Shown one piece after another: positions 28,793-39,006 of a stretch of DNA of 64,000 bases. This DNA comes from Planctomycetota bacterium (lineage in GTDB: Bacteria > Planctomycetota > GCA-002687715 > CAIWVZ01), in the NCBI GenBank assembly GCA_044222185.1, contig JBGANV010000002.1, positions 512,001-576,000 on the forward strand, given 5' to 3'. The first letter of the stretch is position 1. Each line of letters opens with the position of its first letter. The notes beneath the pieces were generated by a model that ran no database searches, was not told the origin of the DNA, and worked only from the letters and a program-made list of their open reading frames with translations. Both the position numbers and the translations under genes were made by a program.

Positions 28793-30052
28793 ATGCTCCG
28801 ACTGGTGGAAGCACTGAACTTTCGATCGTTGCGATTCGTCCGTCAGGAGATGACGGGCCAATTCCACGTTCTCGTGGGACCGAACGCCAGTGGGAAGTCG
28901 ACGTTCCTCGGAGTGGTCCGTTTTCTTGGCGACTTGCTGGCAGACGGCCTCGAAGCGACTACGGAGCGGCTTACGCAGAACGCGTACGACCTGTTCTGGA
29001 TGAAGGCGACTCGCAGCTTCGAAGTCGCTGTCGAAATCGAGATCCCGAAAGAGCGGCGCCATCGGGGAGATGGGGGCGGCTGGGACCGCGCGAGGTATGA
29101 GGTCGGAATCGGTTTCACGGACGAAGGGGAGCTCGCGATCACCTCGGAGTCGCTTTGGTTGAAGCCAAGCGATCGGCCGGCGGCGCCCGTACAGAGGTCC
29201 TCGTTTCCTGACCCAGCCACACCACCCGATTCACTCTTTCTCCAAGAACGCAGGCACGCACCGAAGGGCTGGAAGCGCGTTGTCCTGAAAGCAGCCAGCG
29301 GTACCGACTACTTCGCGGCGGAGCGGACCGACTGGAAGATTCCGTTTCGGTTGGGACCGCGTCGTTTGGCGCTGGCGAACCTGCCAGAGGATGAGGACCG
29401 GTTTCCGATCGCGACCTGGGTGAAGCGCTTCCTGGTCGATGGGATTCAGTATCTGGCGTTGAACGGCGAAACGATGCGGCGTCCCTCGCCGCCCGGCCGA
29501 TCGGGTGGATTCCGCGGCGATGGGTCGAATCTTCCTTGGGCCATCGAGCAACTTCGACAAGCCAACGGCGAGCGGTTCGCGCGCTGGTGCGATCACATCC
29601 GCACAGCACTCCCCGATGTCGATGACATCGAGACCGTCGAGCGGGAAGAGGACAAACACCGTTACCTTCGAATTCGCTACGCCTCTGGCTTGACCGCGCC
29701 GTCCTGGGCCGTCTCAGATGGAACGCTTCGACTGCTTGCCCTGACGTTGCTTGCATACCTGCCGGGCGCCGATCGCATCTATCTCGTCGAGGAGCCCGAG
29801 AACGGCATTCATCCGCAAGCGGTGGAGACCGTATTCCAGTCGCTCGCCGGGATGCAAGGCAGTCAAGTCCTCTGTGCGACGCACTCGCCCGTCGTGCTTT
29901 CGCTCGCAGAGCCGTCGCAGCTCTTGTGTTTTGCGAAGTCGGCCGACGGTGCCACCGACATCGTCCGCGGTGATGAGCATCCGCGGCTACTCGAGTGGCG
30001 GCGGGATTCGGACCTCGGAGTGATCTTCGCTACGGGGATCCTTGGCGGATGA
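28793..30052 (+). CDS. ABC/AAA_21-type ATPase, MADS MAD3-like
   Basis: NFRS, Walker A GPNASGKST, signature SDGT, Walker B VEEPENGIHP, THSP H-loop. Confidence 0.85.
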   Translation: MLRLVEALNFRSLRFVRQEMTGQFHVLVGPNASGKSTFLGVVRFLGDLLADGLEATTERLTQNAYDLFWMKATRSFEVAVEIEIPKERRHRGDGGGWDRARYEVGIGFTDEGELAITSESLWLKPSDRPAAPVQRSSFPDPATPPDSLFLQERRHAPKGWKRVVLKAASGTDYFAAERTDWKIPFRLGPRRLALANLPEDEDRFPIATWVKRFLVDGIQYLALNGETMRRPSPPGRSGGFRGDGSNLPWAIEQLRQANGERFARWCDHIRTALPDVDDIETVEREEDKHRYLRIRYASGLTAPSWAVSDGTLRLLALTLLAYLPGADRIYLVEEPENGIHPQAVETVFQSLAGMQGSQVLCATHSPVVLSLAEPSQLLCFAKSADGATDIVRGDEHPRLLEWRRDSDLGVIFATGILGG

Positions 30053-30678
30053 CCCCGTTTCCGCGTGATCTGGTCGCCCTCGTACCGGACAACGACTACC
30101 AAGAGGCACTACGCGGGTTGCTCACGAAGCGGACGCTGAGTCTCCGCATTCGTCCGATCACGTTCACGATCCACAAGCACGCCCGCCACGATCCGGGTTG
30201 CTTCAACACCGCACCCGAGCTTCTCGCAGGCTTCCTTCGCGAGGCGCATCACGCCCTCGTCGTGTTCGATCACGAAGGCAGTGGCGCCGAGGCGATGGCC
30301 TGCGCGGACGCCGCTCATCATTTGCGCGAGCGTCTCGCGCGCAGGGGGTGGGGTGATCGCGCGGCAGTGGTCGTGGTCCAGCCAGAGATCGAGGTCTGGG
30401 TATGGGGCCCCTCTCCGCACGTCGAGCGCGTCGTGGGGTGGACTGACCGCCCGCAGTCACTCCGGGAATGGTTGAACGGCGCGGGGCGTTGGGCTCATGA
30501 GCTACCGAAGCCACCACGACCGAAAGAGTGCCTTCGTTTGGCCCTTTCCGAAACAGGCGTGCCGCCGTCCTCGGCGATTTTCCGCCAGCTGGCTGAGAAC
30601 GTGAGTGTCGAGGGGTGCACTGACCAAGCGTTCGGGCAGCTTGTGTCGATCCTTAGAGGCTGGTTCCCCCCTGCCTGA
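30049..30678 (+). CDS. TOPRIM-like partner, MADS MAD4-like
   Basis: ATGA overlap with the ATPase; DLVALVPD...RGLL...IRPI...HDPGC, VVFDHEG, PEIEVWVW, RPKE. Confidence 0.7.
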   Translation: MTPFPRDLVALVPDNDYQEALRGLLTKRTLSLRIRPITFTIHKHARHDPGCFNTAPELLAGFLREAHHALVVFDHEGSGAEAMACADAAHHLRERLARRGWGDRAAVVVVQPEIEVWVWGPSPHVERVVGWTDRPQSLREWLNGAGRWAHELPKPPRPKECLRLALSETGVPPSSAIFRQLAENVSVEGCTDQAFGQLVSILRGWFPPA

Positions 30679-31035
30679 CGTCAGGTCGCGCCCGCACCAC
30701 ATGCGGGCGCACTCCTGCATTGGGCGGACGCACGACACTCGCAGGGTGCCAATCATCGGTAAGGCTTACTGACACCGGACGGACCGGCCTCGGCGGACGT
30801 TGGTGGCGACGTTGGTGGTGGGGGGTGAGCCGACGGACTGGATCAGAACATCCGAGCCGACGTTGCGCGGCGTGTTCGAGGCGGTCAACCCGAAGGGCTG
30901 GCGGGCGCTCCCCAGTCCCGCCGAATTCGTCTGTCGCGCGGCGCCTCATTTGCTTCGGCAGGGAGATGTGGACTCCCTGCAACGATCCGAGCACGTGGCC
31001 GCGACGCTCATGCCGGCCGGTGGAGGCCCAACCGC

Positions 31036-34000
31036 ATGAGCGACGGATCGGATTCCACTCCAGTCGATTCGTCCAGTTCACGGCCCGCAGGTCGTCGCTC
31101 GCGTTGGCGATGGCTTCGCCGCGCGGGCGTCGGCGTGCTCGTGCTGCTCGTCGCGATCTATCTGCTGCGCGGACCGCTCCTCGCGCGGCCGCTCGCACGC
31201 CTCGTCGGGGATCGATTGAGCGGTGCCACGGGCCTGGTCGTCGAGGTCGATCGGGTCGACGGGACCCTTCTATCCGACGTGGTCCTGTCGGGCGTGCGGG
31301 CACGTGCATCGCACAGGACACTGCGCCGCATGGACTGCGACCGGGTGAGGGTGAGGTTCGACGTCGTGGACCTGCTGCGACGGGGACCACTCGCCGCGAT
31401 CCGCGCCATCGAAGCCCGTGGTGTCGACGTCGAACTCGACCCGACCGCGGTCGACGAGGCGGCGACCGAACCCGCCGTGGCGACCACCTCGAACTGGCTC
31501 GACTCGATCCCCGATCCGCTCCCGATCTCGTCGATCTCGGCGCGCGTTCAGTGGCGCGGAAACGGCGGCATTGGGCGTGCCAACGGGCTCACGCTGCGTG
31601 GCGATGGAGATCGAGTCGACGTCGAGGTGGAACGCCTCGACCTTCCGCGAGATGGCGTAGCCGGCGCGCCGCTGGCGTGCGGGCTCTCGATCGAGCGACT
31701 CGCTCCGCGTGAGTTCCGCGTCCGTTCGATCCGTCCGCTGGATGGATTGACGCTCGACGACGCACGAGTCGCCTTCCCCGCAGACGGTGGGGTCGCCGCG
31801 ACGTTCAGCGGCCGGCTTCGAAACTCGAGGATCGAGGGCGCGCTGCGCGAGCGGACACTGACGTGCCACACGGATGGTCTCGATCTGTCGGCGCTCCCAC
31901 GGTGGCTCGGCGACTTCCTGGGAACCGCCGACGAGCTCCCGCACGGCGGTACGCTCGCCGCAGATCTATCGGTCACGCCGCTCGGCGGCGCGATCGCGGA
32001 GATTCGCGGCACGGCCACGGTGCACGATCTTCGATGGCGAGACGCCGCCTTGGATGTCGTGGCGATCGCCGGCGTCTGGAGCGGCGGTCACGGGAGCGTC
32101 GACTCACTTTCCGTCACGCGCGGCAGTGCTCACGTCGACGCCACCGGCGTCTCCGTCGATGCTGCGGTCCCGTGGTTCGTGTCCCGCGTCGAGCACGCCA
32201 AGGTCGCCGTTCCCGAGGTGGACGAGGTCGCGCACTGGCTCTCACTCGGCTCCGAAGTCCCCCAGTCCCTGGCCCGCGTGCGCGGCGTCGACGTCGAACT
32301 CACGAGCGAGGACGGGCGACGCGTGACGGTCGCACGGGGCACCGTCGCGCTGATCGATGTGACGTGTGACGTCACGGGCACGGCCATCCTCCCCGCGCGG
32401 CCGGACGCATGGCGCGAGACGGACGTCGGCCTGCGCATCGCGGCCGAAAACTGGGACCTGGAAACGACGCTCTCGACAGTGGGCGCGCTGCCGCCGGTGC
32501 GCGGGCGCGTCGACGTGATCGCGAGGATCGATGGGCGCATCGCGGCGCCGCGCGCCTTCGCGACCCTCGCGGCGCGAGATCTTCTCGTCGCAGGCCACGC
32601 GTTCGAGCACGCATCCGCCGAGATCGACGTGCAATGGCCGAGAGCCCGCGTGACGTGCATCGAGGTGCACGCGTCCGAGGGCTCGATCACGGGGACGGCG
32701 GTCGCGGACCTCGAGCGGCAGCAGATCACGGGCGGCACCTTCGATGCCGACATCACGACGCTCGGGCCCCTCGTGGCTCTCGCAGGGGAGGCTCCGCAGT
32801 TGCACGGGCGCGCTCGCGTCCACGGCGTGATCCGCCGACTCGGGCGCGACCAGGTCGCCCTCGATGCAGCCATCACTGCGGACGCGCTCGAGCTGGAGCG
32901 CGTCGCCGTGGGCTCGCTGTCGGCACGCGCGAATCTCGATTGGCCGCGGCTGCAGGTCGCCGACTTGAGGGTCGACGGCCCCTCAGGAACGGCGGACGGG
33001 GCGATCGAGCTGGACGTTCGAGACGTCGCATCGACGTCAGGCCATGCGACGTTCGCGCTGGAGACGCCCGGAGTGCGCGCCATCCTCGGCTCGATCTCCG
33101 GCGCACCGGTGATGGCCGACGCGACGAGGCTCGACGGTCACCTGACGAGATCCGCAGACGCGCCCCCCGGATCCTGGGATGGCGACGTCAGGCTGCATTG
33201 CCCCAGGCTCACCGTCGCAGGTCGAACCTTCGACGACGTCGACGCGCACGCGACCTTCCGAGACGGAGGTCGACAGGTTCCGAACTTCACACTCCAGTGG
33301 AACGGCGGTCGTGTCGAGGGCGCGGCCGCGATCGGCGCGCACTCCTCGCTCAGCGCCGATGGCACGGACGTCGACCTTTCGGGGATCGTCGCCGGGCTTG
33401 GCGGCCGCGCATCGTTCCACCTGAGTGCCAGCGGGTCCGCAGCGCATCCCGAGATCGCGGCGCGCGTCGACTGTGACACGGTCACGTTCGAATCGCTGAC
33501 GGCCCGTGTCGGCTTCACGGTCCGACAGTCGGCGGGCGTCATGTCGATCCAGTCGTTGCTGATCGACGGCCCCGAGGTTCACGTCGAAGGGACGCTCGAC
33601 GTGCCGTGTGAAGTGGGAACGGAGGGGGTACGCCTCACTGACGGCGTGGGCCTCGCGGCCGCGATCGTCGGGCGGACGACGCTCCTCGCGCGTTCGAGCC
33701 CCGCCGTCGACGCCTTCCCGTTCTCCGTGCACGACGTCGAATTCCGGATCGACGCGGCCGGCGACGCGATGACCGCGACGGTCGCCGGTCGCGATCCGGG
33801 GTGGATCGACGCCGGCCACGCCACACGGCTCGCCGGGGGTCTGCGAATCGCGGCGCGCTGGACACCGGAGGTCGCGAACGTCGATGTCGTGTTGGGGGAT
33901 GGAGGCCCGGCCCTCGTCACCCTTCGCGCCGAATCGAAGGTGTCATTCGACCTCGTCCGCCTGCGCGAGTCCATCGCGTCGCTCGTGCGGGCCCCGATGC

Positions 34001-35202
34001 GAGGGTCCGTGACGTTCACGATCCCAGAGCTCGCGTCGTTCGAACGTCTGATCCCCGACGTCGAGCGGCTGTCGGGAAGTGCGACGGGGCATGTCGATTT
34101 CGAAGGCACGGCGTCGGACCCGCGGCTTGCGGGAGAAGCCACGCTCGGTCCCGCGTCCATTCGCTTCAAGACGGACGCGCCGGCGATCGACGCCACGGCC
34201 CGGCTTCGACTGGCCGACCGCAGGGTGACGATCGACGGGTTCGAGGGTCGGGTGGGCTATGCGCCGGTCTTTGCGCACGGCGCCATCACGTTCACCGACG
34301 CGCGAAACCCGACGGTCGAGCTCGAGACGTCGGGCGAGAACGTCCTGTTGACCCGGAGTGCGGACTTGCGAATCCGGGCCGACGTCCAGGCGACGATCGC
34401 CGGTCCGTTCGATGCGATGAAGGTCACTGGCGTCGTTCGCGTGACGGACGCGGTCTACTCACGACCGATCGATCCGGTTGCGGACGCCACGCCTCTCGTC
34501 GACGAGAACTTCAGACCGTTCCAACTCCGCGACAAGCCGCTCAACGGCATGCGCTTCGACGTCCGGGGAACGGCATCCGAGAGCGTACGCATCGACAACG
34601 GCCTCGTGCGAACGGTGCTCTCCGGAGATGTTCGCCTCCGCGGGACGGGCGAGGCGCCGCGGCTCGAGGGTCGGATCGCAACGAAGACGGGGAGCATCCG
34701 CCTGCCGTTCGCACGCCTGAAGATCGATCAGGCGGAGATCGTCTTTCGGCCGGAAGACGGATTCGCACCGAAGCTCGAGGCGACGGCGCACACGCGAGTG
34801 AAGACCTACGACCTCGCGGTTCGTGCGTCGGGGGTCATCCCGGACGTGGAGCTCGTCGTCGCATCACTTCCGCCGCTGCCGCAGCAGAACGCGTTCCTCC
34901 TCCTGGCGGCGGGTGTCGCGCCGTCGGACCTTCCCAGCGGCGCCGCCACGTGGTCCACGCTGCGACAGACGGGAACGCTCGCCGGGACGAAGCTCCTTTC
35001 GTCACTCATGGAATCCGCTGACGACGACGAGGAGACCGCGCTCGATCGCTTTTCGTTCGAGACCGGGCGCGACGGCACCCAGGGCGGCACGACGACGATC
35101 GACGCCGAGTTCAAGCTGAGTGAGCACCTGTTCCTCCGAGCCGAGAGGGATCGCTTCGAGGGCAACAACGTGGGTTTCGTGTGGAGGCTTCGCTTCAGAT
35201 GA
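31036..35202 (+). CDS. tamB: Translocation/assembly module TamB (AsmA-like, DUF490 C-terminus)
   Basis: N-terminal TM, long beta-taco repeats, C-terminal LRGTGEAPRLEG...F...P.L, terminal beta-strand VWRLRFR. Confidence 0.8.
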   Translation: MSDGSDSTPVDSSSSRPAGRRSRWRWLRRAGVGVLVLLVAIYLLRGPLLARPLARLVGDRLSGATGLVVEVDRVDGTLLSDVVLSGVRARASHRTLRRMDCDRVRVRFDVVDLLRRGPLAAIRAIEARGVDVELDPTAVDEAATEPAVATTSNWLDSIPDPLPISSISARVQWRGNGGIGRANGLTLRGDGDRVDVEVERLDLPRDGVAGAPLACGLSIERLAPREFRVRSIRPLDGLTLDDARVAFPADGGVAATFSGRLRNSRIEGALRERTLTCHTDGLDLSALPRWLGDFLGTADELPHGGTLAADLSVTPLGGAIAEIRGTATVHDLRWRDAALDVVAIAGVWSGGHGSVDSLSVTRGSAHVDATGVSVDAAVPWFVSRVEHAKVAVPEVDEVAHWLSLGSEVPQSLARVRGVDVELTSEDGRRVTVARGTVALIDVTCDVTGTAILPARPDAWRETDVGLRIAAENWDLETTLSTVGALPPVRGRVDVIARIDGRIAAPRAFATLAARDLLVAGHAFEHASAEIDVQWPRARVTCIEVHASEGSITGTAVADLERQQITGGTFDADITTLGPLVALAGEAPQLHGRARVHGVIRRLGRDQVALDAAITADALELERVAVGSLSARANLDWPRLQVADLRVDGPSGTADGAIELDVRDVASTSGHATFALETPGVRAILGSISGAPVMADATRLDGHLTRSADAPPGSWDGDVRLHCPRLTVAGRTFDDVDAHATFRDGGRQVPNFTLQWNGGRVEGAAAIGAHSSLSADGTDVDLSGIVAGLGGRASFHLSASGSAAHPEIAARVDCDTVTFESLTARVGFTVRQSAGVMSIQSLLIDGPEVHVEGTLDVPCEVGTEGVRLTDGVGLAAAIVGRTTLLARSSPAVDAFPFSVHDVEFRIDAAGDAMTATVAGRDPGWIDAGHATRLAGGLRIAARWTPEVANVDVVLGDGGPALVTLRAESKVSFDLVRLRESIASLVRAPMRGSVTFTIPELASFERLIPDVERLSGSATGHVDFEGTASDPRLAGEATLGPASIRFKTDAPAIDATARLRLADRRVTIDGFEGRVGYAPVFAHGAITFTDARNPTVELETSGENVLLTRSADLRIRADVQATIAGPFDAMKVTGVVRVTDAVYSRPIDPVADATPLVDENFRPFQLRDKPLNGMRFDVRGTASESVRIDNGLVRTVLSGDVRLRGTGEAPRLEGRIATKTGSIRLPFARLKIDQAEIVFRPEDGFAPKLEATAHTRVKTYDLAVRASGVIPDVELVVASLPPLPQQNAFLLLAAGVAPSDLPSGAATWSTLRQTGTLAGTKLLSSLMESADDDEETALDRFSFETGRDGTQGGTTTIDAEFKLSEHLFLRAERDRFEGNNVGFVWRLRFR

Positions 35203-37271
35203 ACTGGCGATCCCCCACGTGGGCCGCGATCGTCCTGCTTCTCGCGGGATGCGCATCGCCGCCGCAGGCCGAATCGAGGCCCGACTCGCGATCGGCTCGG
35301 CCGCCGATTCCCATCATCGTCCAGGGACTCGGCTGCGCGACGACCGAGCAACTGCTCGACGCCGGGAAACGCGAGATCGCGGCGTTCCAGGAAGGCGACC
35401 GCCGGGCGACGGCTCTGGACGACGCGACGTTCGCCATGAAACGTTGGCTGCGGGAGAAGGGCCTGGCACACGCGGTCGTCGAATTCGCCATGGAGCCCCA
35501 TGAAGACTCCGTCCAACGAGTCGTCATCACGGTGACGGAAGGCCCACGAGCGACGCTGGCCGCGCTGGCGCTGCAAGGGAACACTTCGTTCTCGACCGCG
35601 CGCCTGATGGAGTTCTTCGACGTCCGCGACGAGGGCGCCGGCCCGGAGGAATCCGTCGTGTACCGGCAGCGCGACGTCGATGCGCGCGTCTCGAACTTGG
35701 AGAGTTTCTACCTCGGTGCGGGCTACTACCGCGTGCACGTCGGCCCTCCCCGCGTCGATTGGTCCGACGGTGACACCAAAGCCCACGTCGTCGTGCCGAT
35801 CGTCGAAGGGCGCCAGTATCTCGTAGGGCGGGTGGACGTCGTTCTCGATGGCCCTGACGATGAAGTCGAAGTGCTGCGGGAGCGAGTCCGCGGATTCGAG
35901 GGACGGCCATACTCGGTCGAGGTCCCCGCGGCCGCCGCGGCGGAAGTGCGCGCGCAGCTCGCAAGTGAGGGGCGGCTCCTCATGCGCGTGTTCGCGAGAA
36001 GCGCCGTCGACGACGACACGGGAATCGTCACGGTGGCGGTGCGAGTCCACGCGGGGCCGCGGGTTCGGGTCGACGGACTCGCGGTGCATGGCAACGAGCG
36101 CACGGACGGCGACTTCATCTTCGAGCAGTCGGGATTGACGTCGGGCGCGATCCTCACGCAAAGCACTCTCGACCGCGCCATCGACGGGCTCTACACGACC
36201 GGGCTGTTCAAGTCGGTGCGCGTGACGAAGTCGCCCGGGGAAGCGCGCGACGACGTGGCACCGACCGACATCGACATCGCCGTCGAGGAGCTCGACGCGC
36301 GGATCGTCGACTTCGAGGCCGGCTACGGAAGTTACGAGCAGCTTCGTGGCGCGGTCCGCTACCGCGATCGAAACCTGTTCGGGACAGGACGGGTGTTGGA
36401 GGCCGTCCCGAGCGTGAGTCTTAGGAGCTACGGCGCCGACGTGAAGTTCTTCGACAACTACCTCCTCGGTCGCGAGAACACGCTGGAGGTGACGGCCGCA
36501 TACGCGTTCCGCGAGGAGCCGTCTTTCGACAGCACGGCGGCGGCCGTGGAGGTCGCCGTGCGTCACCGCTTCGATCACGAGATGTCGGCGCGCGCGGGCT
36601 ATCGGTTCCGCCACTCGGACGCTTCGAACCTGGGACTCGTTCTTGCAGACACGCAGTCCGCCGAGGCCGGGATCACGTCCGGCCCGTTCGCCGAGGTCGA
36701 GTTCGACTCGCGCGACAACGTCTTCATCCCGCACCGTGGAGTGCTCATCAGGGCCGGCTCTGCCTGGAGTACGCCGTTGATCGGGGCCGAGCTCGACTTC
36801 CTCGAGGCGACCGCGTCGATCGCGGCGTTCTTCGAACTGGGGGACGGGACGGTTCTTGCCGCCAGATCTGGCGTGCGAACGCGCGCGATCCTCGACGGAC
36901 GGGCCGACCTTCCCATCCAGGAGCGGTACTTCCTCGGAGGTGAGCACAGCGTTCGTTCGTTTCACGAGAGCGAGCTCGGTCCGTCGGATGGAAACGGCCA
37001 TCCGACCGGCGGGCTTTCGTCTCTCGAGGCTTCGGTCGAGTTGCGACAGCGCCTCGTTGGCGATTTGGAATGCGCGGTTTTCGCAGACGCCGGCGTGGTG
37101 AACGCACGGAGTTGCACGTTTGCGGGTCCGTTCGGGTACGCCGTCGGCGTCGGGCTCAGGTACCTGCTTCCCTTTGGCCCCGTGCGACTCGACGTCGGGT
37201 TCAACCCGGGTGCCCGTTTTGCCGCCGATGATTCGTGGGCACTTCAGTTCTCATTCGGTTTCAGCTTCTGA
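35199..37271 (+). CDS. Omp85-family outer membrane protein (TamA/TamL-like) with lipoprotein signal
   Basis: LLLAGC lipobox; POTRA repeats (VTEGPR, GNTSF, GNERT, LYTTGLF); barrel RNLFGTG, RYFLGG..SVRSF, GVGLRY..PFGPVRLD; terminal Phe. ATGA overlap with tamB. Confidence 0.88.
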   Translation: MNWRSPTWAAIVLLLAGCASPPQAESRPDSRSARPPIPIIVQGLGCATTEQLLDAGKREIAAFQEGDRRATALDDATFAMKRWLREKGLAHAVVEFAMEPHEDSVQRVVITVTEGPRATLAALALQGNTSFSTARLMEFFDVRDEGAGPEESVVYRQRDVDARVSNLESFYLGAGYYRVHVGPPRVDWSDGDTKAHVVVPIVEGRQYLVGRVDVVLDGPDDEVEVLRERVRGFEGRPYSVEVPAAAAAEVRAQLASEGRLLMRVFARSAVDDDTGIVTVAVRVHAGPRVRVDGLAVHGNERTDGDFIFEQSGLTSGAILTQSTLDRAIDGLYTTGLFKSVRVTKSPGEARDDVAPTDIDIAVEELDARIVDFEAGYGSYEQLRGAVRYRDRNLFGTGRVLEAVPSVSLRSYGADVKFFDNYLLGRENTLEVTAAYAFREEPSFDSTAAAVEVAVRHRFDHEMSARAGYRFRHSDASNLGLVLADTQSAEAGITSGPFAEVEFDSRDNVFIPHRGVLIRAGSAWSTPLIGAELDFLEATASIAAFFELGDGTVLAARSGVRTRAILDGRADLPIQERYFLGGEHSVRSFHESELGPSDGNGHPTGGLSSLEASVELRQRLVGDLECAVFADAGVVNARSCTFAGPFGYAVGVGLRYLLPFGPVRLDVGFNPGARFAADDSWALQFSFGFSF

Positions 37272-37396
37272 AAGGACGACAGGCTCAGGTATCTGTGGTC
37301 AACGAAACACATTGCGGCCCGCCGCCCGCGTGATTCAATGACGCCTACGTAGGTGACGCGCGAGTGGCAATCGCGCTCATGATGGATCGGCGTGAG

Positions 37397-38128
37397 ATGG
37401 ATCAGGCATCGGTCGAGGGCGTGCTCGCAGAGGTGACGGAGCGTGCGCGGAGCGCATTCCGCGAGAGCCTCTCGTCCATCGTTCTGTACGGCTCCGCCGC
37501 GGAGAACCGCCTCAGGCCCGTCTCGGACGTGAACATTCTTTTCGTGCTGAAGAGCTACGACGTGAATGTGGCCACGCCCTTCGCGGGAACTCTGCGCGGC
37601 GCCGGGGCGGCGATCAGGCTCGCACCCATGTTCATTCTCGAGTCGGAATTGCCGGACGCGATCGACGCGTTCACGGTGAAGTTCGCCGACGTTCTGAGGC
37701 GGCGTCGCGTGCTTTACGGCCACGATCCGTTCACGGACGTCACGATCGATCGGTCGGCGCAGATTCGCCGACTGCTGCAGGTCCTCGCGAACCTGACGCT
37801 CCGGCTGCGGTGTGAAATCACGGCGCACGCCGATCAGTCGAGCGCCCTGACTTCGCTCATCGCATCGTTCGCCGGGCCCCTGAGGTCGGCGGCCGTTTCC
37901 CTGCGGGACGTCCGCGGCGAAGCCACGATCGCGCCACGCGAGGCGCTGGCGGCCGTCGCTCGCAGTTTCGACCCCGAGAGCGCCGATGGATTCCTCGCGT
38001 GCATCACGGACGCGCGCGCGGAGCGGCCGGTTGCCCACGCCGAGGCTCTGCGAACGGCCGTCGGCCTGATGAACCTGGCGCGCGAGATGCACCGGAGCGT
38101 TCGCGTCGCGGCGGGGCCCGTCAGATGA
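37397..38128 (+). CDS. Pol-beta superfamily nucleotidyltransferase-domain protein
   Basis: IVLYGSAA...SDVNILFV; later VLYGHDPF; helical C-terminal half. Confidence 0.75.
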   Translation: MDQASVEGVLAEVTERARSAFRESLSSIVLYGSAAENRLRPVSDVNILFVLKSYDVNVATPFAGTLRGAGAAIRLAPMFILESELPDAIDAFTVKFADVLRRRRVLYGHDPFTDVTIDRSAQIRRLLQVLANLTLRLRCEITAHADQSSALTSLIASFAGPLRSAAVSLRDVRGEATIAPREALAAVARSFDPESADGFLACITDARAERPVAHAEALRTAVGLMNLAREMHRSVRVAAGPVR

Positions 38129-39006
38129 ACCCGTTCGACCTGCGGGGCCCCCAGTTTCTCGTGTTCTTCACCATCCTCAGTGCGGTGGTTTTCGCGTTGG
38201 TCTGGTGGCTCACGAGTCCCAGACGTCGGGGGTTCGGCCGGGTCGGCCGTCTGCCGATCCACGATCCACTCCAGATCGCACACCTGCGAGGCGGGGCTGG
38301 CGAGGTCGTCAGCGTGGTCGTTGCGTCCCTGCTCGATCGCGGGTTCCTGTCGACCGATGCCGTGGGACGCCTCCTGTCCGCGCCGAAGGACCGGTCGTCG
38401 CTCCGAGCGATCGAGAAGGCCGTGCTCGACGCGTGTAGGACTCCGAAGACCATCGACGGATGCCGCGTGGACACGGCGGTGCGCGCTCAATGCGCGGAAG
38501 TCGAACGGCAACTGGCGGACGCCGGGTTCTCTCCGACGGCGCCGAACCGATTGGGCGCGCTCATGGTCATCGGCGGGGGGACGCTCGGTCTGCTCGTCGT
38601 CGGCATCGTGAAAGTCGTCATCGCGCATCAGCGGGGCCGGTCGAATACGGGCATCCTGTTCGCCCTGCTCGCCATCGACGTCTCCATGGGGGTGTGGCTC
38701 GTTCGGACGCTGCACGCGCGCGTCGCGCGCCAGGTGATCGGCAGCATCAGGGTGCTGTTCTCGGACCTGCGTCGCCGCGCTGTCCGACTGAAGAGGGGAG
38801 AGTCGCCGGTCGACGTGGAGTTCTTCGTAGCCGTGTTCGGCCTGGGGCCCCTTCCGCGCACGTTGTGTCCCGAGCGCGACCATCTCACTCCGCGGCCCGC
38901 CGTGTCGGATCCCGCCGTGATCGGGGGCTGCTCGACCATCGACGTGAGCGGCTGCGGCGGTGGCGGCGATGGTGGTGGAGGAGGGTGCGGTGGATGTGGA
39001 AGCTGA
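38125..39006 (+). CDS. TIGR04222-domain membrane protein with Cys/Gly-rich C-terminal tail
   Basis: MNPFDLRGPQFL, IAHLRGG...LLDRG, three TM segments, tail GGCSTIDVSGCGGGGDGGGGGCGGCGS. Confidence 0.85.
   Translation: MNPFDLRGPQFLVFFTILSAVVFALVWWLTSPRRRGFGRVGRLPIHDPLQIAHLRGGAGEVVSVVVASLLDRGFLSTDAVGRLLSAPKDRSSLRAIEKAVLDACRTPKTIDGCRVDTAVRAQCAEVERQLADAGFSPTAPNRLGALMVIGGGTLGLLVVGIVKVVIAHQRGRSNTGILFALLAIDVSMGVWLVRTLHARVARQVIGSIRVLFSDLRRRAVRLKRGESPVDVEFFVAVFGLGPLPRTLCPERDHLTPRPAVSDPAVIGGCSTIDVSGCGGGGDGGGGGCGGCGS

Noticed and set aside
30800-31039. 79-aa ORF overlapping the tamB start (ATGA)
   Set aside because: TTG start and no recognisable motif; cannot be supported, though not excluded.
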